From the NCBI GenBank assembly GCA_000697335.1, contig JNEM01011617.1:1-64000 (forward strand): a stretch of DNA of 64,000 nt, read 5' to 3'. The notes beneath the pieces are model-generated. The model was not told where the DNA came from and did not search any database. It worked only from the letters and a program-made list of their open reading frames with translations. The stretch's first letter is position 1. Every line of letters begins with the position of its first letter. Positions 11,529 to 24,440 of this stretch are shown here, piece by piece. Source of the DNA: Conidiobolus incongruus B7586 (Eukaryota). Position numbers and translations under genes: made by a program.

Positions 11529-12575
11529 ATGAATCTTTTCAACGCTATTATCTTATCACTTATCGCTAACACTGAAGTGCAGGCCCTCTTCTTCGATGGT
11601 GGCAGCCAAATGGGAAATTGGGGTAACCAAGGAATGAACTGGAATAGTGGAGATCAAGGAATGAATTGGAATAGTGGAGATCAAGGAATGAATTGGAATA
11701 GTGGAAATCAAGGGATGAATTGGAATAGTGGTAACCAAGATATGAATTGGAATAGTGGTAATCAAGATATGAAATGGAATAGCGGTAACCAAGGCAACTA
11801 TTGGAATCGTCCTCAAAATGACTGGAATCAGGACCAAGGAAATTACTGGAACCGTCCTCAGAATAACTGGAACAACCAGAATCAACAAGGAAACTGGTGG
11901 GATCAAGGTTCTAATAACAATGGCCAATATCCCAACCAAAGTCAGAATCAAAGTCAAAACCCTGGAGGTAACCAAAGCCAACAACAGCAGAGCCAATATC
12001 CTGACAATAATCAAAGTCAGCAACAACAGAGCCAATATCCTGGCAATAACCAAAATCAGCAACAGCAGAACCAAAGCCAGAACCAAGATCAAAGTCAGAA
12101 CCAAGATCAAGGTCAGCGTCCATCCGGTGGAAAGTGTGATGCTCCAGTCCCCGACAATGATCCCTGCAGCAAATCCAGTGCTCAAAGCCAAGGTCAATTC
12201 GGATCTCCTATGAACCAACCAAATCCAAGTGGTCAATGTACCGAATGGGCCGATGCCAGGTACAAAGAACTCTTTGGAGTCAACGCCCAATTGAATGGAG
12301 ATGCTCGTTTGTGGCCGTCCGACGCAAGAAGCAAAGGAGGATATTCAATTTCAGCCAAACCATCAGTTGGTGCGATGGTTGTTACTCAACCTGGCGTCCT
12401 CGGCGCAGGTAGTACTGGTCACGTTGGTATCGTTGAAAAAGTGTACCAGAACGGCGATGTTTGTGTCTCCAACTGGAACTTCCCAACTCCCTGGAAGACT
12501 ACCTACATTAAGCAAAAGGGGCAAGCTTCAGGTGTCGAATACATTCAAAAGAATGGTGTTCAACTTAAGTGTTAA
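11529..12575 (+). CDS. Secreted CHAP-domain protein with W/N/G/Q tandem-repeat N-terminus, 348 aa
   Basis: Signal peptide MNLFNAIILSLIANTEVQA, a repeat region, then a CHAP domain GQCTEWADARY...GDARLW...TGHVGIVEKV...VSNWN, highly similar to 3589-4353. Intronless. Confidence 0.93.
   Translation: MNLFNAIILSLIANTEVQALFFDGGSQMGNWGNQGMNWNSGDQGMNWNSGDQGMNWNSGNQGMNWNSGNQDMNWNSGNQDMKWNSGNQGNYWNRPQNDWNQDQGNYWNRPQNNWNNQNQQGNWWDQGSNNNGQYPNQSQNQSQNPGGNQSQQQQSQYPDNNQSQQQQSQYPGNNQNQQQQNQSQNQDQSQNQDQGQRPSGGKCDAPVPDNDPCSKSSAQSQGQFGSPMNQPNPSGQCTEWADARYKELFGVNAQLNGDARLWPSDARSKGGYSISAKPSVGAMVVTQPGVLGAGSTGHVGIVEKVYQNGDVCVSNWNFPTPWKTTYIKQKGQASGVEYIQKNGVQLKC
11622..11783 (+). repeat. Coding tandem repeat, 6 x 27 bp encoding G(N/D)Q(G/D)M(N/K)WNS
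   Basis: GG(T/A)(A/G)A(C/T)CAAG(G/A)xATGAAxTGGAATAG(T/C) units read directly. They are followed by two 15-aa units (QGNYWNRPQN.WN) and 13-aa NQSQQQQSQYP.N units. Confidence 0.95.
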
Positions 12576-12686
12576 AGATCGCAATATGTACTATAAGTTC
12601 ACCCTCCCTCCTATATTCAGCTTTGAATCTATAATAATCTTTGATAAATAATAAAGCTATCATTACATAGACTTTTTGTTACAAAT

Positions 12687-12902
12687 TGTCATGGATCGGA
12701 TCACTTTGTCATCATCATGATGCTGTCAATCATATCTTCTTACCTTATCTTATCCTCCTTATCTACTTTACCTTATCTTGTCTTATTTTGTCTTTGAACT
12801 ACCACCAACTTTTACATATAAAAATGGGAAACATTGTCAAATAAACAAAAAACTTTTACACTGATTACATTGAAAAAACTTGCTTACATTGACCCTGTTA
12901 TA
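12687..12902 (+). mobile_element. Solo-LTR-like interspersed repeat family A, copy 1 (~216 bp)
   Basis: Starts TGTCATGGATCGG and ends GTTATA, with 5-bp direct repeat CAAAT at 12682-12686 and 12903-12907. An inverted homolog lies at 19543-19760. Confidence 0.8.
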
Positions 12903-15900
12903 CAAATGCATATATGAAATGATTAAATCTAACTCTAAATTTTTTACCAATAAAATCTGTTAAAGTTTTCTAGTATTACATTACATTATATATTTAAATC
13001 TGATATAAGTTTTGAAACTTAGACTTATTATACATTTATTCTATTGGTATTGAATTAAATAATATCAATATTATTCATAATAGTTAATTCAGTAACAATA
13101 GTTTAAAATAAATATATATTTACTCTGGAATATTATAACCTGAACAGTTTAAATAAGCCAATAATATCAAGGAGTGATATATTTTTTATCTTTCACATTA
13201 AGTATTTAGAAAGAATTATATTTTGACAAAATCAATTCATGGGTATATTTTTATTGGATATTTTTAGTAATTGTTAATAAAATCACTTACCTGGCTATAT
13301 TTATTAGGTTCAAAATAACTATTTGAATATGTGGATTTCATATTAAATAAATATATATGGATATCTAGATACTTTAAACTCAAGATAAAAATATATTTTA
13401 TTTTCAATCATAGTCAATTAATAATTAATGTTTAATATTATCATTAACACATAATCAATAAAATTGAAATAAAATATTTAAAAAAAGAATGAAAAGTAAA
13501 AAATAAATTTATTCAAAATCTTTGAAATAATTAAAACAATTTTATAAACAGTAATTTATTCTAACAGCAATACAAAAATATGTAAATGTATTACTTCATT
13601 CAATAAGAATGATTTTTATGAAAATATAAATTAAAATTCATAATGTATTTTCGATAAAAAATAACCCTTTATATTATATTGATATTCAAGGTATTTTTCA
13701 TTTTCATCAATTCTACATATTATTTAAATATTATGGTTTTTTATATTAATATTATATTCTTTATTATAATATATCAAATTAATGAATTTGGAATAGCAAA
13801 ACAAAAGGGGATATATATTGTATATTAAACAATCCAAAAATTAAAAAAAACTTCATAAATTGTATTTCAAATATATACCCTTGTTGAAAAAATAATTATT
13901 TATTTTGAATTACAAAAATCATTAAATTCTATCTTAATTAATGAGTTCACTATATGAAATAAAACTTTATAATTTCAACATAATACACTAAAATTATTAA
14001 AATAAGTATATACTATAAAAATTTGTTCATTTATATTTATGATGAAAATTATTAGCAAATCATTAAATAAATAAAGAATTTCAAATTTGTCATTAGAAAT
14101 GATTTGGAGAATACTGTATTATACTTGAGAATTTTAGTGTATATATTATCTAAAATATTATTCATCCAATTTTTAAAATGATGAAAATAATCTATAAAAA
14201 TATATATAGTTGGATATTGGCTATAATTACGAAACAGCTTGGCAAAATATCCTTTTACTACCATAATAAGACCAAATTATAATCAATTTTTTAATTACAT
14301 GAAAAAATTATTCCATATATATAAACCATCTTATCTGAATATTATATGCTTTATTTATATAACTATATAACATGCTTTTCGGTTCCAAATCATGGGATTT
14401 TTCAACACACTTTGATTACTACATAACTTTTCTAAAGAAAATTTTTTATTGGAAATTGAATAATATATCGAAAATTATCGAATATATAATTTCAATGGAG
14501 ACTTTACCTTTTTTAGTTTATGTTATATGGTTTATTATTTCAACATTTGTCTCAATTCACTTAAAGATTTTTGATAAAATTTCATCATAATTACAAATTT
14601 GTATCCAATATAACAGAAGTTAAATTTATATACGACAATATAACTAAATTTCGACCAATAGAAAAATATATATTTGATTTCAAGTTATAATGAATATGAA
14701 TTCAATCAATTGTTTTATTTCACTAATACACAGTGGTTCAAAAAATAAGTTTACCACTATTGATTTTTATTAAATACAAAGGAAGCTAGAGGAAAAATAA
14801 TATCACTAAAATCAAAATTCATCTCTTGTTTGAATAGCAAAATCCCATTCAAATTTTAATTAATTTACATTTTTTTTATAATTTTACTATGGATTTATAG
14901 TTTTTAAAGTTATTAATTATCTTCTCTTAATTTAAATTCTTGAATTTTCCTAAATAATCTTAGTGGCAAATATATTGACTCATATTTGATATATATATAA
15001 TCCAAAGTAATAAAAACTAAGTTATTTTCATAAATAGATTTTTAGTAATATCAGTTTTAAATACCTATTATTATATGTAAATATACTATCTATTTGACTT
15101 TCCTTACACTTGCTGATAATTTTGGTTTTAAAAAATCGAAAAAATATATTATTATATATTTTTTGACTATTAAAAATCACTGTAATTATTTAGGATTATT
15201 ATTTGTATTTAAAAAGAATATTTAATTTTTTTGCATACCTTTTATTTGTAAATCTATTATGGAGGTTTTAAATTATTAAATTTTTTATTGCTTGGTAATA
15301 AACTATATATTAGTATCTTTGATTGATTTATCAAAATATCTTTTTTGATTTTAATATAATAAATTTTATGACTATATGAATCTATATAAATTTTTTTTAC
15401 TTTATTAACCATTAAAAAATTATATTTAATTTATATTGTTATAAAATTTATAAAATGATGTTAATTTTTAATATATTTATATGTGCAATTATAAATATAT
15501 TTCTTAGACCAATTGTTTTTCTTGTTTCATGGTAAATTTATATTGGCTTAAACAAAAACCTTTTTATCATACCTTCCAGCTTTGAGTTGATTTTTTAAGA
15601 ATGTGCTATAAAATTATTTTTCCATTAACTATTGCTTTTATATTTTTATGAACATTTGATATTAAACAGTTTGAATACTTCAATATTTTAATCATTTCTT
15701 TTTAGTTAATTCTAGTAAAATTTATAATTCCATAGTTATTAAATTTATTAAGGCTTTTTGAAATTTCTCGAGAAATATATATTAAAGGGTATTTTTATAT
15801 CATTCTTCTTCATTGAGTATTATACTAGAGTGTTGGAAATATTATTATTGATAAAATAATATGTGATTATAGTATATGAATTACTATTTAAGCCACTGGA

Positions 15901-16722
15901 TATTTACAAATTTAATTTTAATATATTTTTTGAAAGGAATGCTTATCCAATAAAGGGTGTTTTAGGTAAATCAAAGGTATATAATAGCTCTGAATCCCAA
16001 ATTCAGTTAATCTTATAATGCAACCTTTCTAATCCATATTAAAAACTATTATTATAATATATTGTGTAATTTAAACCTCACTGGAATATTCTGTGCTTTA
16101 TTAATTAATCATCAATTAAATTATTATATTTTAAATATGAAAAATATAAATAACAGTAAATATCTTGTGATGAATGATTAGAAAAAACATACATTTGATT
16201 AACTAAATCATAATAGCTTAGCAATTCCATTTTCTCAATATTTAGATTTAGAATACTTTATTTTCAATAATCAATAATTATATTACTTATATATTGATTA
16301 AAGGCAAAATTATAATTTCAAACTAGCTTAATTTTTATTTTTATTAATTTCAATTGAATTAAAAAATGCTGAATAATTAGAACTACTATTCAAAGAATTA
16401 TTCAATTTAAATAAAATATAACTTATGCTCATATTGTTATAACCCATTAGATCAAAATCCTATGTATTTGAATTTTGTTTCAGAAACCTGTATATTTAAT
16501 ATTAAATAAATTATCTTTTAATCACAAGAAATTTAATATTATTTAGTAAAAAGTTTATAAAACTATTTTGATTATCCAATTTATTTTAAACAATAATCAA
16601 ATCCTAGTATAAAAGTTTTTTTTATTACCAATAATCATAATTATATAACTTAAGAGAATTAAATATATAAACTAGTTTTTGGTTTGCTGATTGAGTTTTT
16701 TAAAACAATATAAGTGAATTTA

Positions 16723-17533
16723 TATTGATGATAGGATGTGTTTTGGTGTTAAGGATTAGGTAAAAAGTTGAATGTTATGTTTGCTAGATATAATAAGAGG
16801 CAAGGATAAGTACCAATAAAGTAGATTACTTATAAATCACAAATATCCTGTCACGTATCTACCCAATTAGTCCATATATATTTACCTTTAATATCAGTTT
16901 ACCCATAATTTATCTCTTATTCTACTTTCCCTTAAATTGATCCATTCTTATCCCAATATCAAAGGGGGAAATACAACAGGGATCTATCTATCTATTCATT
17001 CATCCAGTCATCTATCTATTCACTCATCCATCTATCCAACTATCTATCTATCTATCTATCTGAAGGAAACTAACTCCAAGTCTTTGTCAAGAACTTCCAA
17101 TAAAACTCCATATAACTACATCCTAATCCTATAACTTATCCACACTCCAACTTAATTCAATACAATTATCCTAGTTTCCAGCACTAGGATAATACATATC
17201 CACAATGTCTCTAACCAAGGATTACAAAGATTTGATATTATCTAGGTGCTTGACTTAATCACTAGTTGATAAGTTATGACTTAAAAATTCAAGTGATTAA
17301 TGGATTTATGATGGAAAAAGATGTCTTTATTATAATGTTTGCAATTAAGGTTATATATCCATGGTAATTCATAGATTATGACTCACCTTCTAAAGGGTTA
17401 AAGTCTATCAATACTAAGATAACAACTATGGATGACTAATGAGGCTTTGTTGTATATAAATGAATCAAAAATGATGACAACATCCAATGACATCATGGAA
17501 GTGGCTTGATTATCAAAATACTTGCTGGTAACA
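16723..17533 (-). mobile_element. Solo-LTR-like repeat family B, copy 1 (~458 bp), interrupted by a nested solo LTR
   Basis: After removing 16849-17201, the reverse complement aligns end to end with 30708-31166. 4-bp direct repeat TTTA on both sides. Confidence 0.85.
16849..17196. mobile_element. Nested solo LTR (348 bp, TG...CA) with (ATCT/ATCC)n tract
   Basis: TGTCACG...TAATACA, flanked by the perfect 5-bp TSD TATCC (16844-16848, 17197-17201). Absent from the homologous uninterrupted copy at ~31045. Confidence 0.88.
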
Positions 17534-17609
17534 TTTATTTAAATATCACAATCCAGCATACATTTAATTAAATATCTATTAAACTTATATTAAACAAATA
17601 AGAATTAAA

Positions 17610-18480
17610 TGTACTTACCTTGACTATTTGAAAAAATTTTGGATATAGCAATTCTTAATTAAAGTTCAATTATAGAATCAATAAGAAAGGCAATAGCAAT
17701 CAGAGCATATGAAATACCATAGGTCAATATGATCATAAAATAAAACTAAGGATGATGAAAGTTGGCAATATTCATTCCAGCCAATTTGATGGTAGCCAAT
17801 AGAATCACTAATGTCGCCAATGGATAACAGAACATCCTTTCAGCCATCTATTGCCTATTTTACTAAAATTGGTCTTGCTCCATTGGCCTGTCAATTTGCA
17901 AATTTGCACAAGTATTAAAGATATTTCTGAAACTCCTCATACTAATAAATTGTACAGTGACACAGATGATGAAAGTGATTAAAAAGAAAATGCCTACAGG
18001 CAATAATACTATTTTAAAATAGAGGAGATTGTCGGATCCTGGACAATATATTTAACTCTGGAATAACTACTAAGGAATGTAATGATTATTATGATTACAC
18101 CAATACCAATCAACATAGTTAGCCAAAGATAATTTCGTATTTCCACAATATTTTTATATTGATGATTGTTCTACAAAGAGGAAAGATAATTTCTATATTT
18201 GTAAAGAAATTGAATAAGTGTCTGAAATGGTTAAATGCCAAAAGATTCAAACAATATTTGGTTCCTAATAAATTTTAGCGCCTATTGACATTAGTTCGGA
18301 TAGATGGATAAAAAAATCTGATATTGCCATATATACGATGAGTGGGATAGTAATGAGACTGATAAATTTGAAATCAATCGAGCAAAGTATAATGAGTGTG
18401 GGAAACACTAATGCTGTAGCAGTTATTCCAATGGGTTGTAGGATTTTTCCAATTACTGCATCAGGATTAAGTTCAGATAC
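17610..18480 (-). pseudogene. GPCR-like pseudogene (subfamily of 21310-22324 and 24441-25457)
   Basis: Minus-strand translation VSELNPDAVIGKILQPIGITATALVFPTLIILCSIDFKFI...DFFIHLSELMSIG and PGSDNLLYFK, with stops and frameshifts. The conserved 3' intron donor G|GTAAGT is near 17618. Boundaries approximate. Confidence 0.88.
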
Positions 18481-19542
18481 TATATTGTCCTTTATTCAAT
18501 AATATAAGTTATAGAAATTTAGAGCGAGTTTAGTATTATATATTCTTATACAATTCATGGTAAAAAAATTGTTTATAGATGATTTTGAATATTTTGGATT
18601 CATATATCATATTATCGATATAAGCTACGCCCTGCCTTAATAATAAAGGATATTGAAACCAAAATGGTTTCACCATCTGACAAATATTCGATATATATCA
18701 GTTCAACTAGTGTAATTTTGAAAGTTTAAAACAGATTATGTATAAAAAAGCTTGTATATGATTATTTTTCACTCAAAAACTAAGTTTTCATATGATCTTA
18801 ATTAATATATTGAAGATTAAATAATATTTTGAATACAAAATTTAATATAAATAATAATGGCATTCAAATTAGATTTACAAATCATATTCAAAAAAAACTT
18901 TCAAATTCAATATTACAATATAGATTAATGTAAATTTGATAATATTGAGACAAAAATATATAATAAACCTTTTAATATTATTGAAAATGCAGATCAAGGC
19001 AGCTGATTATAAAATAGTAAAGAATAAATCTTTTTAGCATTCTTATTAATATTTTGAATTCTTGAAACACCCTTTAATACTGATATTTAATGATACTTAT
19101 TTTGTACATCATTTTAAATACAGGTTATTACTAAATATTGTACTGAGGTCATTGTAATATTTAAACCAAAAATTGCAATATCGTGGTTTTGATATCTTAA
19201 TTTTATATTCTGTAAGAAATTCAATAATAATGTTCAAAACTTAGAGCTTCATGATGATGTCACTTTGAAGTTAGCATAACCAGGTATTAGATTACAATAA
19301 TAAAATTGAATCAATAAATTGATAAGTTTTCATAATATATTTCAATATAGATACATTTTTTGTATAAGAGTTTAAAGTGAAAAATTACATATTTTAAATA
19401 AGATATAAGTCTGATTTTTTCAATTATCTCTAGCCTAAAATAACATTATACCAATTAGTTGTTTATGGATAACACTAAGTTTAATTGTTTGACAACTATA
19501 TATAAACTAAAAGACTATTAGTAATAAAAAACCATTTGTATA

Positions 19543-19760
19543 TATAACCGAGTCGATGTAAGCAAGTTATTTTAGTATAATCAGTGACAATAAGTTCCTT
19601 GTTTATTTAACAATATTTCCCATCTTTATAAGTAAAAGTTAGTGATAGTTCAAAGATAAAATAAGACACGATAAGGTAAAGTCGATAAGGAAGATAAGAT
19701 TATGTAAGAAGATATGATTGACAGCATCATGATGATGACAAAGTGATCCGATCCATGACA
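19543..19760 (-). mobile_element. Solo-LTR-like repeat family A, copy 2
   Basis: Reverse complement of 12687-12902. Flanks GTATA/ATATA (TSD with one transition). Confidence 0.8.
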
Positions 19761-21309
19761 ATATACATAACAATTATCTTTATATTCATGAGTTCAATTG
19801 TACATGTAATTTTTTATATTTCCCAAATATCTATTACAATGTTGACTTGTATAAATCATAAAATGCCTTAAAACTAGGTCAAATTTTTTTAATAATACCA
19901 ACCTTAAAAGTAATTTAATATTCTCTCCTAATTTTATAATGTATTTGGAAATATCACTATTTCTGACGATCGTGAAATGAAAAAAAACTTTGATTCAGAA
20001 ATAAATTAATATTTGATATTCAGAAAGTAAATTATATTATTATAAGTTGATATAGTGCTTAGATAAACGTAATGTAAAACTCGAAAATTAAAATTTTAGT
20101 ATTATAAATTTGAAACAAATTAATATGATTATAAGAAAATTAAGTCATATAAATTAAATAATCCAAATTTTGGTTTAATTATTAACAATTGAATTATCCG
20201 ATCAATTTCTTCAAATCTTCTCATTAGTTGGCAGAATTTTTAGGATATTTACCATGAATAAAAAATTTGTAAGTGGATGAAAATAATCATAATACAAGAT
20301 TTGATAAAAATTTGATGCGAAATGTGAATTCAAGCTTTAATAGCTAATAATGGGTATTGTGACCAATTAAGTTAACTTAAGGACTTCAAACATTAAAGTT
20401 TTTTGTTTGTTTAGATTTATATTTTGTTCATTTTTGTAGATTGAAAAATTATTAGCATAGTAGTAAAATTTGATCTATAGTCTATGCAATAGTTGCGATA
20501 ATAATATTCATACAACATCAACTTATAATCAAATGACTAATATATGCTACCAGATTTAAAATAAAAATAGTTACACTTGGGTAACCTTCTCGGTGGCATA
20601 ATTCTAGTTTATAATTCTTTTATTGTATCACTTCGACAGTTGACAGTTGTTGTAGTACATGAATTTATTACAAATATATTGAGTTATTTGAATTTGTAAT
20701 TGTTTCAGACTTATTATGCTTGGTTAAATTGAAAATTATTTTAATATTACAAAATTTTATTAAAATATAAATGACCAAAATTAAAATTCAATTGAAAACA
20801 GATATTTAATGAAAATATTATTAGAATATATACTCAATATAAAAATTAAAATTTAATTTCTTCAATATTTCTATTAAATATATCCAGAATTTGAAATAAT
20901 CGAATATTTTACTATTTTGTTATTAAGTCTATTAGACATAATATCTAATTCAAATATTACCAAAATAATTTTTGGACTTGGTGTTAGGTTAAAATATCAA
21001 TGAAAATCTATCGGGAACATTAAAAAATATATTACTCAATTTAAACATAATAGTTTTCAGTATCAATTGACTAATATCAATTCAATAGTGATCGATAAAA
21101 TATTTGAATAGCATAGAATATATTGGAAACTTCTCTTAAGGTAAATCAGATATTGATATCCAATAGTTTTATCTTCAGCATTATACTTATATACCCAAAA
21201 ATCTCTTAAATAATTTTAATACAATAAAATTGATAATATCAGACTATCGAATCATATTTTTTTATAAATAATGCTTTATTAAATAATATTCAAATTAGCA
21301 CCAATTCAA

Positions 21310-22324
21310 TCAAACACGAAATTGAGCTTGGGACTCTGGGAAGGATGTAGTAGAATTTTTAGATATATGGTCCATTGCGAAAGATCTTCCATCTAATAAA
21401 ATTATCATCAATATATTTCATAACCATTGTCAAACTATATAAATTACCTTTGAATGAATTATTCATTTTAAATTTAGCAATTTTTAAAGAATCCCAAAGA
21501 GCAGGATCCAAAACAAATGCAATAGCTGTTAAAATACCAGATACGCCTTGAGTTAATGCGAGAATAATATAGATAACTGGGTAATAATCTCCTGTCACGT
21601 CCATCACTGACATTGCAACGGTAGCTGGCAAAGTAATCACAGTGGCAAGTGGATAAAGGAAAGATCTTTCAGCCATTTTCCTGCGATTATTTTTAAACCG
21701 TTCTTGTTCATGATGGTTTTCAATCTGTAAATTAGCATAATTGTCAATCATATTTCTAAAACTGCGACGACTGATAAAGTAAACGCTGACACAGGTCACT
21801 AGGGTAAGTAAAGAAAACGCACCGATCAATCCTTCCTCGATTTTAAATAAAAGAGGGTTATCCGATCCGGGACGGCATTCTATTTTGTTTTCAACACCTT
21901 TATAAGTACCCATAAAGTGAAATCCTACCATCAAAATACCAATACTAATCAACATAGATAACCATACCATCACCTCATACTTCAAGGAAGATTTTTTAAG
22001 TTGAACAATTGCTCTATAAAGATGAAAACTAATGGCTATATTAGTAAAGAAGTAAAACAATCTTCCGAATAATCGAAACGCCGCCAGACCTTCACAATAT
22101 CGCGATCCCAGATATTTTTCTGTACCTAGAGACATAACCTCCGAAAGATGGATTGAAAAGTCTGCCATAGCTAGTGTTGCTATCAGTCTAATAGTGAGAC
22201 GATCGATTAGCTTGAAATCTATTGTTCCCAAAACCACAAGAGTTGTCATGACTAGACCAGTCGCCGTTAATCCTATAGGATGTAAGATTTTCCCTATAAT
22301 AACATCAGGATCTGTTTCAGACAT
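21310..22324 (-). CDS. 7-TM GPCR-like protein (cAMP-receptor-like/Git3-like); exons 22324-21448 and 21392-21310
   Basis: Seven hydrophobic segments; motifs RLTIRLI..LA.ADF, YC (TM3), NIAISFHLY, C.PG (ECL2), KMAERSFLYP, G..G.L..IAF.LDP. A GT-AG intron at 21447-21393 gives C-terminus DGRSFAMDHISKNSTTSFPESQAQFRV, homologous to the paralog's exon 2. Confidence 0.88.
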
Positions 22325-24440
22325 AGTGAGAACCGAATTTTTTATAATAAATTAATATATTCCTATAATTTGGATACTTATATATTTAAATACTTAATAG
22401 AATCCAGTAAAATCGAGACCTGTTTTACAAAGTACACAACCCACTCGATTTAGTCAATAAACATATCAAACTAGTTACAAAGAATATATTCTGAATTAAT
22501 TATGATCAATTTAATGAATTACTAGATTTAAATATTCTCATATACAAATATTTATACAATTTAAATTGTAGCATACCAATTCGACTTCCATTAAATCTGA
22601 TCTAAAAAATACTTTGAAGTATATAAATTATATTATTAATTAACTATTATATATCTCTTTAATAATTCTAATACATATCTGAATATCTATATTAGCATAT
22701 TACAAGGAATTATTTTCAATTTTAATTGATAAATCGAAGTTAACCTTGTTTCAATATATTTCTAGCTGTAAAAAACTAAACATTCAAAAATTTATAATTT
22801 CTAATACCTATACCGATATAGCTATTTTGGATTGCTCTCTTTACACGGCTCATACTTTATCCGCCTAAAAATACAGATCAATATGAAATATTTTCCAATT
22901 TAATGTGAAATAGTTTGAAAATTATAATATTGATTCCAAATCAATTTCATCCTTAAATCGAAATAAGTATATTTATAAGTAATGAGAATACTACATAAAT
23001 ATTTAGTATAAATTTTAAATTTATTGTAGATACATTTGGTTTGTTTATCACATATAACTGAATAATGCTCCTTATATCATCCTAAATCAATAAATAGCTT
23101 ATAAGCTTGATATAGCAATATTTGAATTATATTTATTTCAATTAAGTTATGATATATGATAACATATTTATTAAAGTTTAATCAAGGCGGCAAATTCATC
23201 ATCATTCTGTGCACGACATATAGTTATTTTAAAATATTATTTATCAACTTTGAAATATTGAAAAAATTTATAAACCATAAATAATTTAATTATATAATTC
23301 TCAGTAAATTATCTACTATTAGATACAATTTAATTAAAATATTGATAGAGAATTTTAGTTATACATCTTTCAATTAAGAGTTTCATCTTTTACAATTATT
23401 TACAATAAATTTTGTTAAAATAATATTATCTTTCTTGTAATACTTTTCAAATTATTATCATTTATAATTATTTGAATAATGAGCATTCAGTTGCAAAATT
23501 TTATCTAAAATGATCTGAAAGATAACATTGTGTAATAATGATTAACAAAACTTAAAGCATTTTTGAAAAAATAATATATATAACTTAAATATCACTCTTG
23601 GTCAATAATATCTATTTTTAAAAATAACAAAATTGAAATTTTAATATAAAAATCTTATACAGATGTTTCGCGAAATAAAATCCCATGCATAAGATTTCCT
23701 AATTTCCCAAATTATAAATGTAGTTTATGTTGTATGAAATTTAGCTAGTCTAAGTTTGCAAAAGTTGTCCATAGATGTCAGATTGACTCGGTTTATGTTG
23801 ATTCAATGGCAATATTAGGGCACTTAAACTAATAAAAGTTATATTAAGTCTTTAATAACAATCGGATTCAAATCATAATAATAAACAGAACCATATCATT
23901 TTGGCATAATAAACAAGAATTTAATATTCCTTTGATTTAATTTGAAGAATATTTGATTAATTTCATACATTTGTGAGGAATACAATTATATTTAACAAAT
24001 GTTAATCAATTAAAATGGAAATTTTTAAATTTTAAAAAAATTATCAGGTTAAATAGCTCAAAATGAAGGTTTAAGTGGATCCAAAATGTGAGAGTATTCG
24101 GACCTACTTTTGACTTTTAAATACGGAACCTGTTGGGATGAGCTAAACCAATTATATTTAATATAATACAAGAGTAATTTTACAAGCCTGAAGTTATATA
24201 AAAAATCACAAAAAGGAAGTCATTATCTTATTGAATCAATTGAAAATTTCATAAAAAATTTTCCAGTTTAATCGGTTTCACCCTTTTTGAACGAGAGTTA
24301 TAAATGGTTAAATAGTTAACTTTTTCAGTTATTATTTTATATTTCAGTTAATCTCATTCGATTAATTATGTGAACAATTGGGTTGGGTATATATTCAATG
24401 TTAAGTGCTTGTTGAGTAGTTGTTATTTTAATTAATTATT

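Noticed and set aside
11622..11783. 27-bp repeats as a possible CRISPR array
   Set aside because: Contiguous, spacer-less, in-frame coding repeats in a eukaryotic gene.
11556..12651. Overlapping ORFs 11556-12290, 11818-12213, 11911-12123, 12295-12651
   Set aside because: Shadows of the repetitive CHAP gene at 11529-12575.
14729..16100. TA-CACAGTGGTTCAAAAAATAAGT TIR-like start and possible decayed transposase downstream
   Set aside because: No matching opposite TIR or recognisable transposase motif found by eye.
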